Shown here in pieces: positions 24,233 to 36,380 of a stretch of 64,000 nt of DNA. The position numbers were made by a program, and so were the translations under genes. Within the stretch, counting starts at the first letter, position 1. Each line of letters opens with the position of its first letter. The DNA is taken from positions 22,382,001 through 22,446,000 of the forward strand of contig NC_043006.1 in the NCBI RefSeq assembly GCF_006345805.1, in the 5' to 3' direction. Under the pieces are notes generated by a model. That model was not told the DNA's origin. It made no database searches and saw only the letters and a list, made by a program, of their open reading frames with translations. The DNA comes from Octopus sinensis (Eukaryota).

Positions 24233-24711
24233 AAGAGGTCAAATTTTTCATATCTGAAGTGGCTGTGGCTGCACTTCTTGTCTTATCTTTAGCTTTAAAT
24301 ATTGTCTGAAAGTTCTCTTCTGAAGACTTATGGAAACCTGCTTCATTTTTATTTACTTATTGAAAAACAAAGGTACACCACTTTCCTTCTTGCCCTTTCT
24401 TGTGCAAAGTTCTCAGGCAAAGAAGTACTCTCTTTTGTTATATACGTTTACCATGTTCTTTTTTGGCTTGGGGGCTTACTAATGTTTATCACCTCACTTC
24501 GGCTCTCAATTCTAATGAAAGATGAGTTACTTTTATTGTGGTGGTGCTTTCATTATTGCTATTTAAGATTGATTTTATGCTATATGTTTTTGTGCTTCTT
24601 AAATTGGAACTGTTAGTGTTTGTAACTGTATTGTTTTGTTTAATTGGTAGTTGTCATAAATCTGTCTTAGTGTTTACAAAATTGGGTGAGACATATTTAT
24701 AGATGTGAAAC

Positions 24712-24962
24712 TGCATGGCCTAGTCACTAGCAGTTGCACTCATGGTCACTAGATCGTGAGTTCGGTTCCCAGACAGAGCAGCATGTTGTGTTCTTGACCA
24801 AAAGACTTCATTTCACATTGCTCCAGTTCTCCTTTTCATTCTGGGGGAATGTTGGCCTGCTCACCTAGCAAGCAGGATGATGTCATCCGAAGGTTAAAAT
24901 GATCCAAAATGAATTGTGTAATAAGATCTGGTAGTCTGGTCAGTCACATGATCATGTGATAT
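24712..24962 (+). mobile_element. SINE with E head and C3-type tail (diverged)
   Basis: TGTTGGCCTGCTCACCTAGC...GGTCAGTCACATGA matches 48150-48275. Confidence 0.65.
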
Positions 24963-25065
24963 TCATAGATATCACCACAGTGATTTGTATGCCTTCCATC
25001 CACTACTGAATTTTAAATCACAAATATATAATATAAATGGTACCACATATAAATATATACACATA

Positions 25066-25475
25066 TAGGCTCAGGAGTGGCTGTGTGGTAAGTAGCTTGC
25101 TAACCAATCACATGGTTCCGGGTTCAGTCCCACTGCATGGCATCTTGGGCAAGTGTCTTCTGCTATAGCCCCAGGCCGACCAATGCCTTGTGAGTGGATT
25201 TGGTAGACGGAAACTGAAAGAAGCCTGTTGTATATATGTATATATATGTATATCTGTGTGTGTGTTTGTGTGTCTGTGTTTGTCGCCCTAGCATTGCTTC
25301 ACAACTCATGCTGGTGTGTTTACGTCCCCGTCATTTAGCGGTTCAGCAAAAGAGACCGATAGAATAAGTACTGGGCTTACAAAGAATAAGTCCCGGGGTC
25401 AATTTGCTCGACTAAAGGCAGTGCTCCAGCATGGCCGCAATCAAATGACTGAAACAAGTAAAAGAGTAAAGAGTT
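25066..25475 (+). mobile_element. SINE family B
   Basis: Full-length. Confidence 0.92.
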
Positions 25476-25942
25476 AAGAGTATATAAATATATAAAACAG
25501 TTTAAAAAAATCTACTTTTCCATTGGAAAACATGAAATCTACACGTCAATGACAAATGACAACTACAGCTAAAGCATCTCTGCTATCTGAAGTCCTTGCT
25601 CTCCCAGCGAGGTATTTGTCAAATTTACAAGTTGGATTTTTGGGCAACAGACAAACATTATTTTGCCTGTTGAAGTGTCAGGGCTGACTGTCAGATCCGG
25701 TCAGTAATTGTGAGGGGTCATGTTGAACCCATTGGTCAGATCCAGCTTAACTCACCACCAAGTACAAGTTAAGTTTACTTTTCCATCCTGGGCAATTTTA
25801 AATAATCTAAAGCTATTCTTTGGTAAAAACAACTTGCAAAATTTTTTTCATCAAGTAATACTGGAAGAAAATATTCTTCTGGGTGCAACTCTGTGAAAGA
25901 TGACCATTCATGGCAAACAAGAACAACAACGTTTCTAATTTA

Positions 25943-26058
<116 letters not shown>

Positions 26059-26092
26059 AAGAAGAAGAAGAAGAAGAACAACAACAACAACA

Positions 26093-26452
26093 ACAAGAGC
26101 ACTCAGAGAGCACAAACCTCCACCAAGGCAACACCAACGTCCTCTCAACAATTAGCAGAGGATGAATTTTAAAAGGAGAATATCTGAAATAAACTCAACT
26201 GCTCTCACAAGCAAAAATACTAAAATTGAACCCAACCGCTCTCAAAAATTAAGTAAAAAAATACAGAAAAATAATCCAGAATCCTTGTCCGGTACCAGAT
26301 CGATCCCAAAATCTAATCAGTTCATGCCAATCACGAGGCCAAATATCCCTGAAAGTTTGATCCGAATCCATCCAGCAGTTCTTGAGATATGTTGTCCACG
26401 GACAAACAAACATGACTGAAAACAATACCTTTGCTAAGGCAGAGGTAATAAT
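26093..26452 (+). mobile_element. Non-autonomous Helitron/Helentron-type (HINE-like) element
   Basis: 5' ACCTCCACCAAGGC motif repeated at the 3' end as the hairpin ACCTTTGCTAAGGCAGAGGT; internal AAAGTTTGATCCGAATCCATCC and (AAAC)n. Confidence 0.55.
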
Positions 26453-26509
26453 ATTCTATAAAGATCGACATAATTCCTCACAAAGATAAATAGACAATAA
26501 GAAGAGCCT

Positions 26510-26907
26510 GATGCAAGCGTAATTGATTGTATATTGGTTTGAACAATATTTCAACAGCTCTGTCTGCCTTTTTTCAAGTTCAAAATGTAAAAATGAAGAA
26601 ACACAGAAATTCAAAAATATGAACAAGGAAATTTTTGCATTCCCACTGTTCGACTAAATATTCTTTTCTCTTTTCTTATTTCTTTTCTTTTCTTTTCTTA
26701 TTTTTCTTATTTCTTTTCTTTTTTCTTTTCTTTAGTTTCAAAGCTGAAGACTAATGTTGTCATTCTGTCAAAGTGGGAATGCAGGATTCCCTCCAAGTAT
26801 AATTTTGAATTCCTGTGTTCTTTCATTTTGCATTTTGAATTTGAATAAAACAGATGAGCTGTCGAAATATCGTTCAAACAAATAAACAATTTATTACAAT
26901 TGCATAA
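26510..26907. mobile_element. Foldback (long-TIR) MITE-like element
   Basis: ~140-bp arms (26510-26655 and 26765-26907), roughly 80% complementary by eye, around a pyrimidine-rich spacer. Confidence 0.75.
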
Positions 26908-26908
26908 C

Positions 26909-26939
<31 letters not shown>

Positions 26940-27101
26940 CTTCTTCTTCTTCTTCTTCTTCTTCTTTTCTTCTTCTCTTCTTCTTTTCTTTTCTCTTCTT
27001 TTTCTTCCTCTTTTTCTTCCTCTTCTCTCTTCTCTTCTTCTTCTTCTTCTTCTTCTTCTCTTCTTCTTCTTCTTCTTAATAATAATAATAATAATAATAA
27101 T

Positions 27102-28785
27102 AGAGTTTGGACTCTCAAAATGTGCTATGATGGTGATGAGATAAGGAAAGCTTGCCAGGACAGAAGGCATATGGCTGCCAAGTGGTGAAATAACGAAGGC
27201 AATTCAACCCCAATCCAGTTATAAATACCTGGAAATACTTGAGGGGAAATGGATTCAGACATTGTGACATGAAGGAAAAGATGAAAAGGGAGCACCTGCA
27301 GCAAGTAAGGAAAATATTGGCTTCTAAGCTGAATGCAAGAAATATAATTTCATCGATAAATTTGCGCACAGTCACAGTAGTTCGGTATGGCGCTGGAATC
27401 CTGAAGTGGACAGAGGAGGAGCTAAAGGAGATGGAGAGAAAGTCAAGAAAGCTCCTAATGATGCTCCTAATGGAGGCCATCATCCACGTGCAGATACTGA
27501 TCGCCTATACATGAAAAGGCGGCGAGCTGGCAGAAACGTTAGCACACCGGGTGAAATGCGTAGCTGTATTTTGTTCTGTGTTCAAATTCCGGCGAGGTCG
27601 ACTTTGCCTTTCATCCTCTCGGGGTCGATAAATTAAGTACCAGTTATGCACTGGGGTCGATGTAATCAACTTAATCCGTTTGTCTGTCCTTGTTTGTCCC
27701 CTCTGTGTTTAGCCCCTTGTGGGTAGTAAAGAAATATACATGAAGAGAGCAAATGGAGGAAGGGGACTGATATGTGTAGAAGGCTGCATGTGTATTGAAC
27801 TCGAGAGCTTAATGAGATACCTAGCCTAAAGTAAGGAAACCTTGCTAGTGACAGTTAAGAACAAAGGAGTATTGAGAGCAGAAAAAAAAGGGAAAACAAA
27901 GGAAGAAATACAAACAGGACTTGAAGAAGAATTGCACAACAAGGGTCAACACATTCAATTCCATGTAGCCACAACAGAAGTTGCTGGAAAAAATAGGTGG
28001 CATTGGCTGATGAAAGGAACCCTAAAAAAAGAGACAGAGAGCACTATATTGGCAGCACAGGACCAAGCTTTGACCACGAACTGGAGGGTCAACCTTAGGA
28101 ATGAGAAAGTGGCCCCACTGTGCTGCATCTGCAATAGAGTGGATGAAATCATTGTCCATATTGGGAATGAATGCCCTAGACTTGCCCCAAACCACTACAA
28201 GTTGTAGCAACACAACCAGGTAGTGAAAGTGCTACATTGGAAACTGTGTGAAAAGTGGGGGCTAGAGAGAGGCAAGATGTGGTAAGAGTACAAACCGCAG
28301 TGAGCGGTGGAGTTGAAGACTAGCAAAATCTTTGAGATTTTCCAATCAAAATAAATCAGGTGCTCAAGCATAATGAATCAGACCTAGTGGTGGTGGACAA
28401 GGAGCACTACATAACTATATAGTTGATATTGCATGCCCCCTTGACCCACGTATAGTCAAGAAGGAAGACGAAAAGATAGATAGATACAACCCTCTTAAGT
28501 ACAAAATAGCCCGGCTATGGTAAATGAAGAAGGTGAAGATAGGGCCAATTATTGCTTGGTCCTAGGGAACAATATCAGAAGGCATCAAGAGGAATATAAA
28601 AGAAATTGGATAAAGTACACAGTAGAACTGTTACAAAAGGTTTGCTTCCTTGGCATGGCCAGAATAACCAGGAAAGTATCAGATAACTGAAAAGAATGAA
28701 CAGTATGGTACCGTAAGCTGCAGGTAGTAAGCCCGCTATGCATGCAAGACTCCAGGAGCTACAACAAAACCTGTGATAAAGAGAA

Positions 28786-28787
<2 letters not shown>
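27102..28787 (+). mobile_element. 5'-truncated R4/Dong-clade LINE (RT C-terminus, CCHC knuckle, RLE) in (TAA)n
   Basis: Motifs RLYMKRANGGRGL, AAQDQAL, C..C....E...H...C, DLVVVD...DIACP.D...KEDEK..RY; multiple stops; (TAA)n on both sides. Confidence 0.9.
27516..27734 (+). mobile_element. SINE A1 inside the Dong ORF
   Basis: TSD TATACATGAA (27506-27515 and 27735-27744). Confidence 0.93.
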
Positions 28788-28822
<35 letters not shown>

Positions 28823-28832
28823 GTAGTAATAA

Positions 28833-29033
28833 TGGTTTCAAATTTTGGCATAGAGCCAGGCAGTTTTTGAGTGGAGGAGTAAGTTGATTGCATCAGTGTC
28901 TGGACTTGATTTTAACGACCCCAAAAGGATAATGGGCAAACCAGCCTTGGAAGGATTTGAGTTCAGAACATAGAGGCAAAATGTTGTTATGCATTTTGTC
29001 TGGTTTGCTAATGATTCTGCCAGGACAAGACCC

Positions 29034-29086
<53 letters not shown>

Positions 29087-29415
29087 GTTTCAAATTTTGG
29101 CACAAGGCCAGTAATTTCAGGGTAAGGACCAAGTCAATTAAATTGACTTTGGTGCTCAACTGGTACAAATTTTATTGCTCTTAAAAGGATGAAAGGCAAA
29201 GTCAACCCCAGCAGCATTTGAACCCAGAATATATAGATGCCGGACAAAATATTTAGGTATTTTGACCAGCATGTTAACGATTCTGCCAGCTTGCTGCCCA
29301 CATCCTAATAGTGATAATAATAATGATTTCAAATTTTGGCACAATGCCTGCAATTCTGGGGGAGGAGGATAAGTCAATTACATCGACTCCAGTGCTTGAC
29401 TGGTATTTATTTTAT
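28833..29415 (-). mobile_element. Three co-oriented SINE A2 copies separated by (AAT)n
   Basis: Each has G[G/A]TTTCAAATTTTGGCA immediately after an AAT tract. Confidence 0.85.
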
Positions 29416-29655
29416 CATGCAGGTGGCATGTAAAAAAACACCATTTGAGCGTGGTCGTTGCCAGTACCGCCTGACTAGCCCTCATGCTGGTGGCACATAA
29501 AAGCACCCACTACACTATCAGAGTGGTTGGCATTAGGAAGGGCATCCAGCTGTAGAAACTCTGCCAGATCAGGATTGGAGCCTGGTGCAGCCAGCTGGTT
29601 CACCAGTCCTCAGTCAAATCGTCCAACCCATGCTAGCATGGGAAGTGGACGTTAA

Positions 29656-29695
<40 letters not shown>
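29416..29695 (+). mobile_element. RTE family D 3' end
   Basis: Tandem units, conserved motif, (GAT)n. Confidence 0.88.
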
Positions 29696-30137
29696 CCCCG
29701 AAAGGATGAAAGGCAAAGTCAGTTTTGAACTCAGAATGCAGACAGATGAATTTCCACGAAGCATTTTGCCTTGCATGCTAATGGTTCTGCCAGCTTGCCA
29801 CCCTCACCCATATAATAATAAAAAAAACAATAATAACATCTGTTTTGACTTACTTTCAACAGGAGGTGGGGCGCACTTCCCTGAATCTTCATTATCAGCT
29901 ATTTCCTGAAAATTGATTAAAACAAAATGTTAAGGGTTTCTGTGGTGGCATCAGTTTCTCTACTCTACTTGAACCACACACACACACACACACACACACA
30001 TATAATGAAAACCAGTACAAAATAAAGCTCATGATTTCTGACCTATTGAAATGACTATATTTATGTTACATAAATGCCTTTTTATTAGTAACTTTGAGAG
30101 ACTGAGATTGATAAGGCAAAAGAAAGAAGGATATTAT

Positions 30138-30313
30138 GATGTATGTATGTATGTATGTATGTATGTATGTATGTATGTATGTATGTATGTATGTATGCAT
30201 GCATGTATGTATGTATGATGCATGTATGTATGTATGTATGTATGCATGTATGTATGTATGTATGCATGATGTATGTATGTATGTTATGTATGTATGTATG
30301 TATGTATGTATGC

Positions 30314-30344
<31 letters not shown>

Positions 30345-30745
30345 TGTATGTATGTATGCATGTATGTATGTATGTATGTATGTATGCATGTATGTATGTA
30401 TGTATGTATGTATGTATGTAGTATGTATGTATGCATGTATGTATGTATGTATATGCATGTATGTATGTATGTATGTGATGTATGTATGTATGCATGTATG
30501 TATGTATGTATGCATGTATGTATGCATGTATGTATGCATGTATTGTATGTATGTATGCATGTATGTATGTATGTATGTATGTATGTATGTGATGTATGTA
30601 TGTATGGCATGTATGTATGTATGCATGTATGTATGTATGTGTATGTATGTATGTATGTATGTATGTATGTATGTATGTATGCATGTATGTATGTACATGT
30701 ATGTATGTAGTATGTATGTATGTATGTATGTATGTATGTATGTAT
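30138..30745. repeat. (TATG)n/(CATG)n microsatellite
   Basis: Direct. Confidence 0.98.
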
Positions 30746-30982
30746 ATACACGTAAGTTTAATAAAATTTAATATGTACTCAATGCATGATGTATCATTAT
30801 TGGGCTCAAAGCCTACTGAAGAGCCCTCGACGGGAGTTAGCTTAACAGCTGCTCAATAGGGCAGCTTTTAAGATAGTAGATAAATAAATAGATTGTCAGG
30901 AAGATAGATAGGCTTAGCTACATAGACAAACAATCAGACTGATAAACCAAGTGATAGATAGATTGATAGATAGATAGATAGG

Positions 30983-31013
<31 letters not shown>

Positions 31014-31094
31014 GTAGGTAAGAAGGCAGGCATGCAAGCAGATATGTTGGTTGGTCAATGATATATGCATATGCAAATACATTATGAAGATATT

Positions 31095-31292
31095 TTTGTG
31101 TGTCTGTTTGTCCCCCTAGCATTGCTTGACAACCGATGCTGGTGTGTTTATGTCCCCGTCACCTAGCGGTTCGGCAAAAGAGACCGATAGAATAAGTACT
31201 GGGCTTACAAAGAATAAGTCCCAGGGTCGATTTGCTCGACTAAAGGCGGTGCTCCAGCATGGCCGCAGTCAAGTGACTGAAACAAGTAAAAA
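31095..31292 (+). mobile_element. SINE B, 3' half
   Basis: TSD AAGATATT; the empty site is visible in the paralog at ~34424. Confidence 0.9.
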
Positions 31293-31329
31293 GATATTAT
31301 CAACATACTGGGTTCTTATTATTGGGACC

Positions 31330-31642
31330 CCCATTTGTCATGAATGACCATGGGATTGCACCTTGAATGTTATCGTCCCAGGCACAAGTCCGGGCAAGGT
31401 TGTTTATGGAAGACCAACAGTAGCCCATGCATACCAGCCTGCCCCTCTCCACGCCCCCAGTGTTATCCAAGGGAAAGGCAAAAGGGGCCAATACAGCTTG
31501 GCACCTGTGATGTCGCAACTCATTTCTACAGCTGAGTGAACTGGAGCAACGTGAAATAAAGTGTCTTGCTTAAGATCACAACATGCAGCCCGGTCTGGGA
31601 TTCAAACTCACAACTTCGCTATCATAAGCTCGACGCTCTAAC
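31330..31642 (-). mobile_element. SINE family E
   Basis: Full head and tail. Confidence 0.9.
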
Positions 31643-32202
31643 CACTGAACCGTGTGCCTTCACTCTTATTATTATAATGGTATTAAAATTTGAGGAGGAT
31701 CTTACTTCCATTGCATACACTTTTCAGGAACAATACTGACTTTCCAGACAATGATGGTGTGGAGCCTCTAGTAATTTGCATTGATTTGTACATAGGAACT
31801 TCAAATTCCTGTGGCTGTAAGACTAGTTTACTGGTACTTTACAGTATTAATAAATTTGTATCATTTATACTAATGTACAGGTACATGTATGTCATTTAAT
31901 TTTTAGGTAAATTTAATTTTTGTTTAATTTAGAGAATGTTGATCAAGGTGACCATCTGTAATTTGGAAAGGCTCTGGGAATCAAAAGTTCCAGAAAATCA
32001 ATGATATACTTGTATAAGCTATAGAGTTCTGAACATACACAATGAGAGGCAATATTTATTCTCACTTAAACATGGATGTTCTGTAAGAACAAACTGCAGT
32101 TGATACCACGGAAGAAACTCTCATATAGGCTTTAGGTGCAAAATGCATGCTTGTTTATATTGGCAGTCAGAAGATAAATCCCCACCACTCCTAGCACTAA
32201 GA

Positions 32203-32249
32203 CTACCAGATCACGTGATTTCGACCTTCCTTGGTCTCATCAGTGATGG
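32203..32249 (-). ncRNA. Type I hammerhead ribozyme with fully canonical core
   Basis: CCATCA-CTGATGA-GACC aaggaa GGTC-GAAA; helix III is the perfect palindrome ATCACGTGAT; AUC triplet; stem I partner TGGTAG. Confidence 0.9.
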
Positions 32250-32626
32250 ATACCCAACCATGGATGGAATGAAGGAAGGTTGAAATCTGATGGTCTGAAG
32301 GTGATTGGAAGGTGATCTGATGGTCTTTGCACTAGAGGTGGTGGGGATTTATCTCTCCACAAGTGATTTAACCAAGAGTGCATTTTGCACCAAAAGCCTA
32401 AATAACAGTTTCTCTCATGGTATCTACCACAGTATAGTCTGTTCCAACAGGACATCCATGTTTAAGTGGGAATAAATATTACCTCTTGGTATTAATATGG
32501 TCTCTGTTGCTAATATATATGTTTCTAACAAGCTTACTGGCTAATCGCAACACCAGTGCCTGTTCTGGGACTGATTTTCTATATATTGCTGGCTGGGAAT
32601 CTTTGCTACCTCTTGCTGTTGAGCGT

Positions 32627-32673
32627 CCATCATTGATGAGACTAAGGAAGGTCAAAATCATGTGATCTGGTAA
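32627..32673 (+). ncRNA. Type I hammerhead (mutated: C3U, G12A)
   Basis: CCATCA-TTGATGA-GACT aaggaa GGTC-AAAA-TCATGTGATC-TGGTAA. Confidence 0.8.
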
Positions 32674-32963
32674 TCTTGGTGCTGGTGTTGGTGGGGGGTT
32701 TTCTCCCCACTAGTGATATGAATAGCTGTGCATTTTGAACGAAAAGCCTCGTAGTATCTACCACAGTAAAGTTTGTTCCAACAGAACTTCCATGTTTAAG
32801 TGGGAATAAATATTACCTCTCTATATTGAAATTGCCTCTGTCATTAATATGTATTTTTTAACGAGCTCACTGGCTAATGGCAACACCAGTGTCTGTATGG
32901 CATTGATTTTCTATATATCACTAGCGTGGAGATGAATCACTGCTATATCTAGCAGTCGAGCAG

Positions 32964-33010
32964 CCATCATTGATCAGAACAAGGAAAGTCAAAAACACAT
33001 GATCTGGTGG
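32964..33010 (+). ncRNA. Type I hammerhead (decayed)
   Basis: CCATCA-TTGATCA-GAAC aaggaa AGTC-AAAA-ACACATGATC-TGGTGG. Confidence 0.7.
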
Positions 33011-33783
33011 TCTTGGAGCTGGAATTGGTAGGGATTTATTTCCCCGCAGCCAAATTAAACAAGAGGGCATTTTGTACCAAAAGCCAATATGAGAGTTTCT
33101 CTCTTGATATCTACTGCTGTATAGTTTGTTCTAACAGAACATCTGTGTTCATGTGGGAATAAATATTACTTCTTGATATTAAAATTGCTTCTGTCAATAA
33201 TATATATACCTCAAAACTTTGGATATAAAACAGAAAGCCATACACCAACTCTGTTTTAAGACATTATAGAACATTACAAAAAATTTAACATAATAAACAC
33301 AAATATTAGTCTGCAGAAAACCTCACTACTGCAGAATATTGCTTTGGAAAATATTCCAATAGCCAAATAGAAATCAAAAGTCAATGTACAATTAATACAA
33401 TGAGAAAATATAGCTACATTTTTGACAATGTGTGAGGAAATCCCAAATCTGGAAATAGCCAATGAAAAGCAAGGACTGTTATATAACATTCTGTTGTAGC
33501 TATCTTGTTAAGTTTATTCTATTAATTCTATTGTATTAAAGAGTAATCTATTGAACTGAATTAATTCCAAAGGTCAGCAATGTCCTTAAGGCATTGAAGA
33601 TCTGCAATCACCATATAACATTATACATTGTGGATAAATTTTATTCTTATTCCAAAGATATACGAAAGAATGCGGAAATGTGGAAAAAAATTGTAAGCAA
33701 AAATGTTTATAATTGCTCTTTCTTTTTCTCCATCTCTTTCACTGTTCTGTTCTTCACACACAATACATACACACACACACACA

Positions 33784-33814
<31 letters not shown>

Positions 33815-33951
33815 CATATATGCACGCACACACACACATCATTGACCACAGGCAGCTTTTGACTTTTTCTATCCAAAGGGTTTTTAACCCAATATTTACA
33901 TGTTTTTATTTATAGTTTTGTCTGCTTCAAGTTTCACCATTCCCAGAAATG

Positions 33952-33995
<44 letters not shown>

Positions 33996-34001
33996 TGCAC
34001 A

Positions 34002-35162
34002 CAGAGTGTGGATGGTATTTGAGGACACATGCATTTTTAGTCATTATTTTATTTTACTAATTTTTATTGAACTTCTATTTCAGAAAATAACAATGGCAGG
34101 CCCTATGCTTACTAATGATTGTGGCTTTGAAGGCTAAGCATGGTGATTTAGAAATTTTCTGAAAGTTGCAAGATCTTTTGTCAACAAGATTTGATGTGAG
34201 TTAGAGAAAGGAGATGGAAGCGTATTACCTGTATCAAAACATAAAAAACATTCTAAATGCTCTGATTCTATCAGGACTCCTGAATTTATTCAGGAAGTTA
34301 AGCAAATTATTGAAGACAACTCAGGAAAAGCAATAATAGATAGATAACTAGACAAGAAAGCAGGCATGCAAGCAGATGTGTTGGTTGGTCAATGATATAT
34401 GCATATGCAAATAGATTATGAAGATATTATCAACATACTGGGTTCTTATTATTGGGACCCCCATTTGTCATGAATGACCATGGGATTGCACCTTGAAAGT
34501 TATCATCCCAGGCACAAGTCCGGGCAAGGTTGTTTATGGAAGACCAGCAGTCGCCCACGCATACCAGCCTCCCGTCTCCATGCCACCAGTGTTATCCAAG
34601 GGAGAGGCAAAGGGGCCGATACAGCTTGGCACCTGTGACGTCGCAACTCATTTCTACAGCTGAGTGAACTGGAGCAACGTGAAATAAAGTGAAAAAAAAA
34701 ATTTTGTTTGTCAAAAGAAACAATCAGAAATGTTGTGCATGAAGCCATCAAGCACAAAAATTATATGACGAGGAGAGGTCAATTCATGTCAGAAAAAACA
34801 AAAGAAAACCATTTAATCAGATCGAAAAGACTTTTGGATAATCTTAAAAATCCATCAGAAGATGATGTGATATGGTTTTTCTCAGATGAGGAAAACTTTG
34901 ACCAAGACCAGAAAACTAACAGAAGAAATGACAAATGGCTATGTGCAGATGCTTCTGAGGTTCCAAGAGTAATGCCCACGAAATTTCCTGCAAATGTGAT
35001 GGTTTTGGGTGTTGTTAGCAATGAAGGATATGTGATGCCTCCTCGCTTTTTTCCACATGGCCTTAGGGAGAATGCTGCTGCTTATGTTGAGTTTCTTGAT
35101 AAAGTTGTTAAGCTTTGGATCAACAGTGTATGCAATAGAAGGCCTTATACCTTTCAACAAGA
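34002..35162 (+). mobile_element. maT/DD37D-like (Tc1/mariner superfamily) transposase pseudogene, 3'-truncated
   Basis: WFFSDEENFDQDQKTNRRNDKW...KFPANVMVLGVVSNEG...PYTFQQD holds the first two catalytic Asp; the N-terminus from 34093 is split by an insert. Confidence 0.85.
34336..34692 (-). other. Inserted copy of 31020-31563 (SINE E 3' part plus flank), without the B insertion
   Basis: Near-identical unique flank GCATGCAAGCAGAT...ATCAACATACTGGGTTCTTATT. Confidence 0.88.
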
Positions 35163-35166
35163 TATA

Positions 35167-35213
<47 letters not shown>

Positions 35214-35851
35214 ATGTATGTATGTATGTATGTATATAGTATGTAGATAGGGTTATAATCTAAGCTGTGTCTTCTTGAAGTATATCTACTTATTCCAATA
35301 CAACAAAATTATATGTAGATGTTATATTTGTGTAAGGTATGCGTAAGCGATGAAAAGTACTGGGCAATGATTTTGCTGAGGAATTACATATCAAAAGAAG
35401 AAATTAAAAAAATATTCTTGTCTTAAACAATAGATGCCACAACACCATTACTTATCATAGATGCTCTTCAGTAGACTGATAACTACATTTCTATTTATTT
35501 AGCAGTCATCAGTACCAGATACTACACAAAATTGACAACCCTGAAATAACTTAGAAAGCTACAACTTCCTTCATAACAATCAGTAAAAGCTATTTTCTGA
35601 CTACGTGTGATCAGCCACCAGACTTGAATAAATTGTATATTATGCACACTAAGCAGTGTTGTGAAATGAACAAATTTCTAAACCATTTATCTGTCTACCA
35701 GAGGGTGCCCTGAGATGACCGATAGCATTTTGACATTTGTTGCCTAAAGCAAGAATTTTCTCCATGAAAATCTAAAGTGAAAAAATGACCTTTTTTTCAG
35801 GTGAAATACGTTACAAACATATTTGAACTGACTTGTGTGTGTGTGTGTGTT

Positions 35852-35882
<31 letters not shown>

Positions 35883-35971
35883 GTCACTGTGACCAAATAG
35901 TGTGCATGTGTATGGTGTATGTATGTGGGTGAAAGTTATCTTTGTCTATGTGTGCTGCATGTATGTGTATA

Positions 35972-36380
35972 CTCTTACTCTCTTTTACTTGTTTCAGTCA
36001 TGTGACTGTGGCCATGCTGGAGCACCGCCTTTAGTCGATCAAATCGACCCCAGGACTTATTCTTTGTAAGCCAAGTACTTATTTTATCGGTCTCGTTTTT
36101 GCCGAACCGCAAAGTTACGGCGACGTAAACACACCAGCATCAGTTGTCAAGCGATGCTGGGGGGACAAACGCAAACACACAAACACGCACTACATATATA
36201 TATACATATATACGACGGGCTTCTTTCAGTTTCCGTCTACCAAATCCACTCACAAGGCTTTGGTCGGCCCAAGGCTATAGTAGAAGACACTTACCCAAGG
36301 TGCCACGCAGTGGGACTGAACCCGGAACCATGTGGTTCGTAAGCAAGCTACTTACCACACAGCCACTCCTACGCCTATGT
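35972..36380 (-). mobile_element. SINE family B
   Basis: Full-length. Confidence 0.92.

Larger units (their letters stand above)
31994..33205. mobile_element. Retrozyme-like / Penelope pLTR-like array of ~337-350-bp HHR-bearing units, with an inverted leading unit
   Basis: Plus-strand unit boundaries (cleavage-site C) at 32317, 32667 and 33004; inverted partial unit 31994-32252; no coding ORF. Confidence 0.85.

Noticed and set aside
25500-25930. Unique-looking segment with a repeated TCAGATCC motif
   Set aside because: I found no ORF, TIR pair, TSD or second copy, so it cannot be classified from this window.
30811-30870. HHR-like CTGAAGA-GCCC tcgac GGG motif
   Set aside because: GAAA is replaced by GTTA, stem II does not close and stem I is offset; too many deviations.
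31706-31816. Candidate exon
   Set aside because: Equally plausible AG/GT-bounded open frames exist on both strands, and the minus-strand acceptor lacks a pyrimidine tract; this shows such candidates arise by chance.
32250-33205. CRISPR-like or satellite interpretation of the tandem array
   Set aside because: There is no repeat-spacer alternation, the context is eukaryotic, and each whole unit is homologous and carries an HHR.
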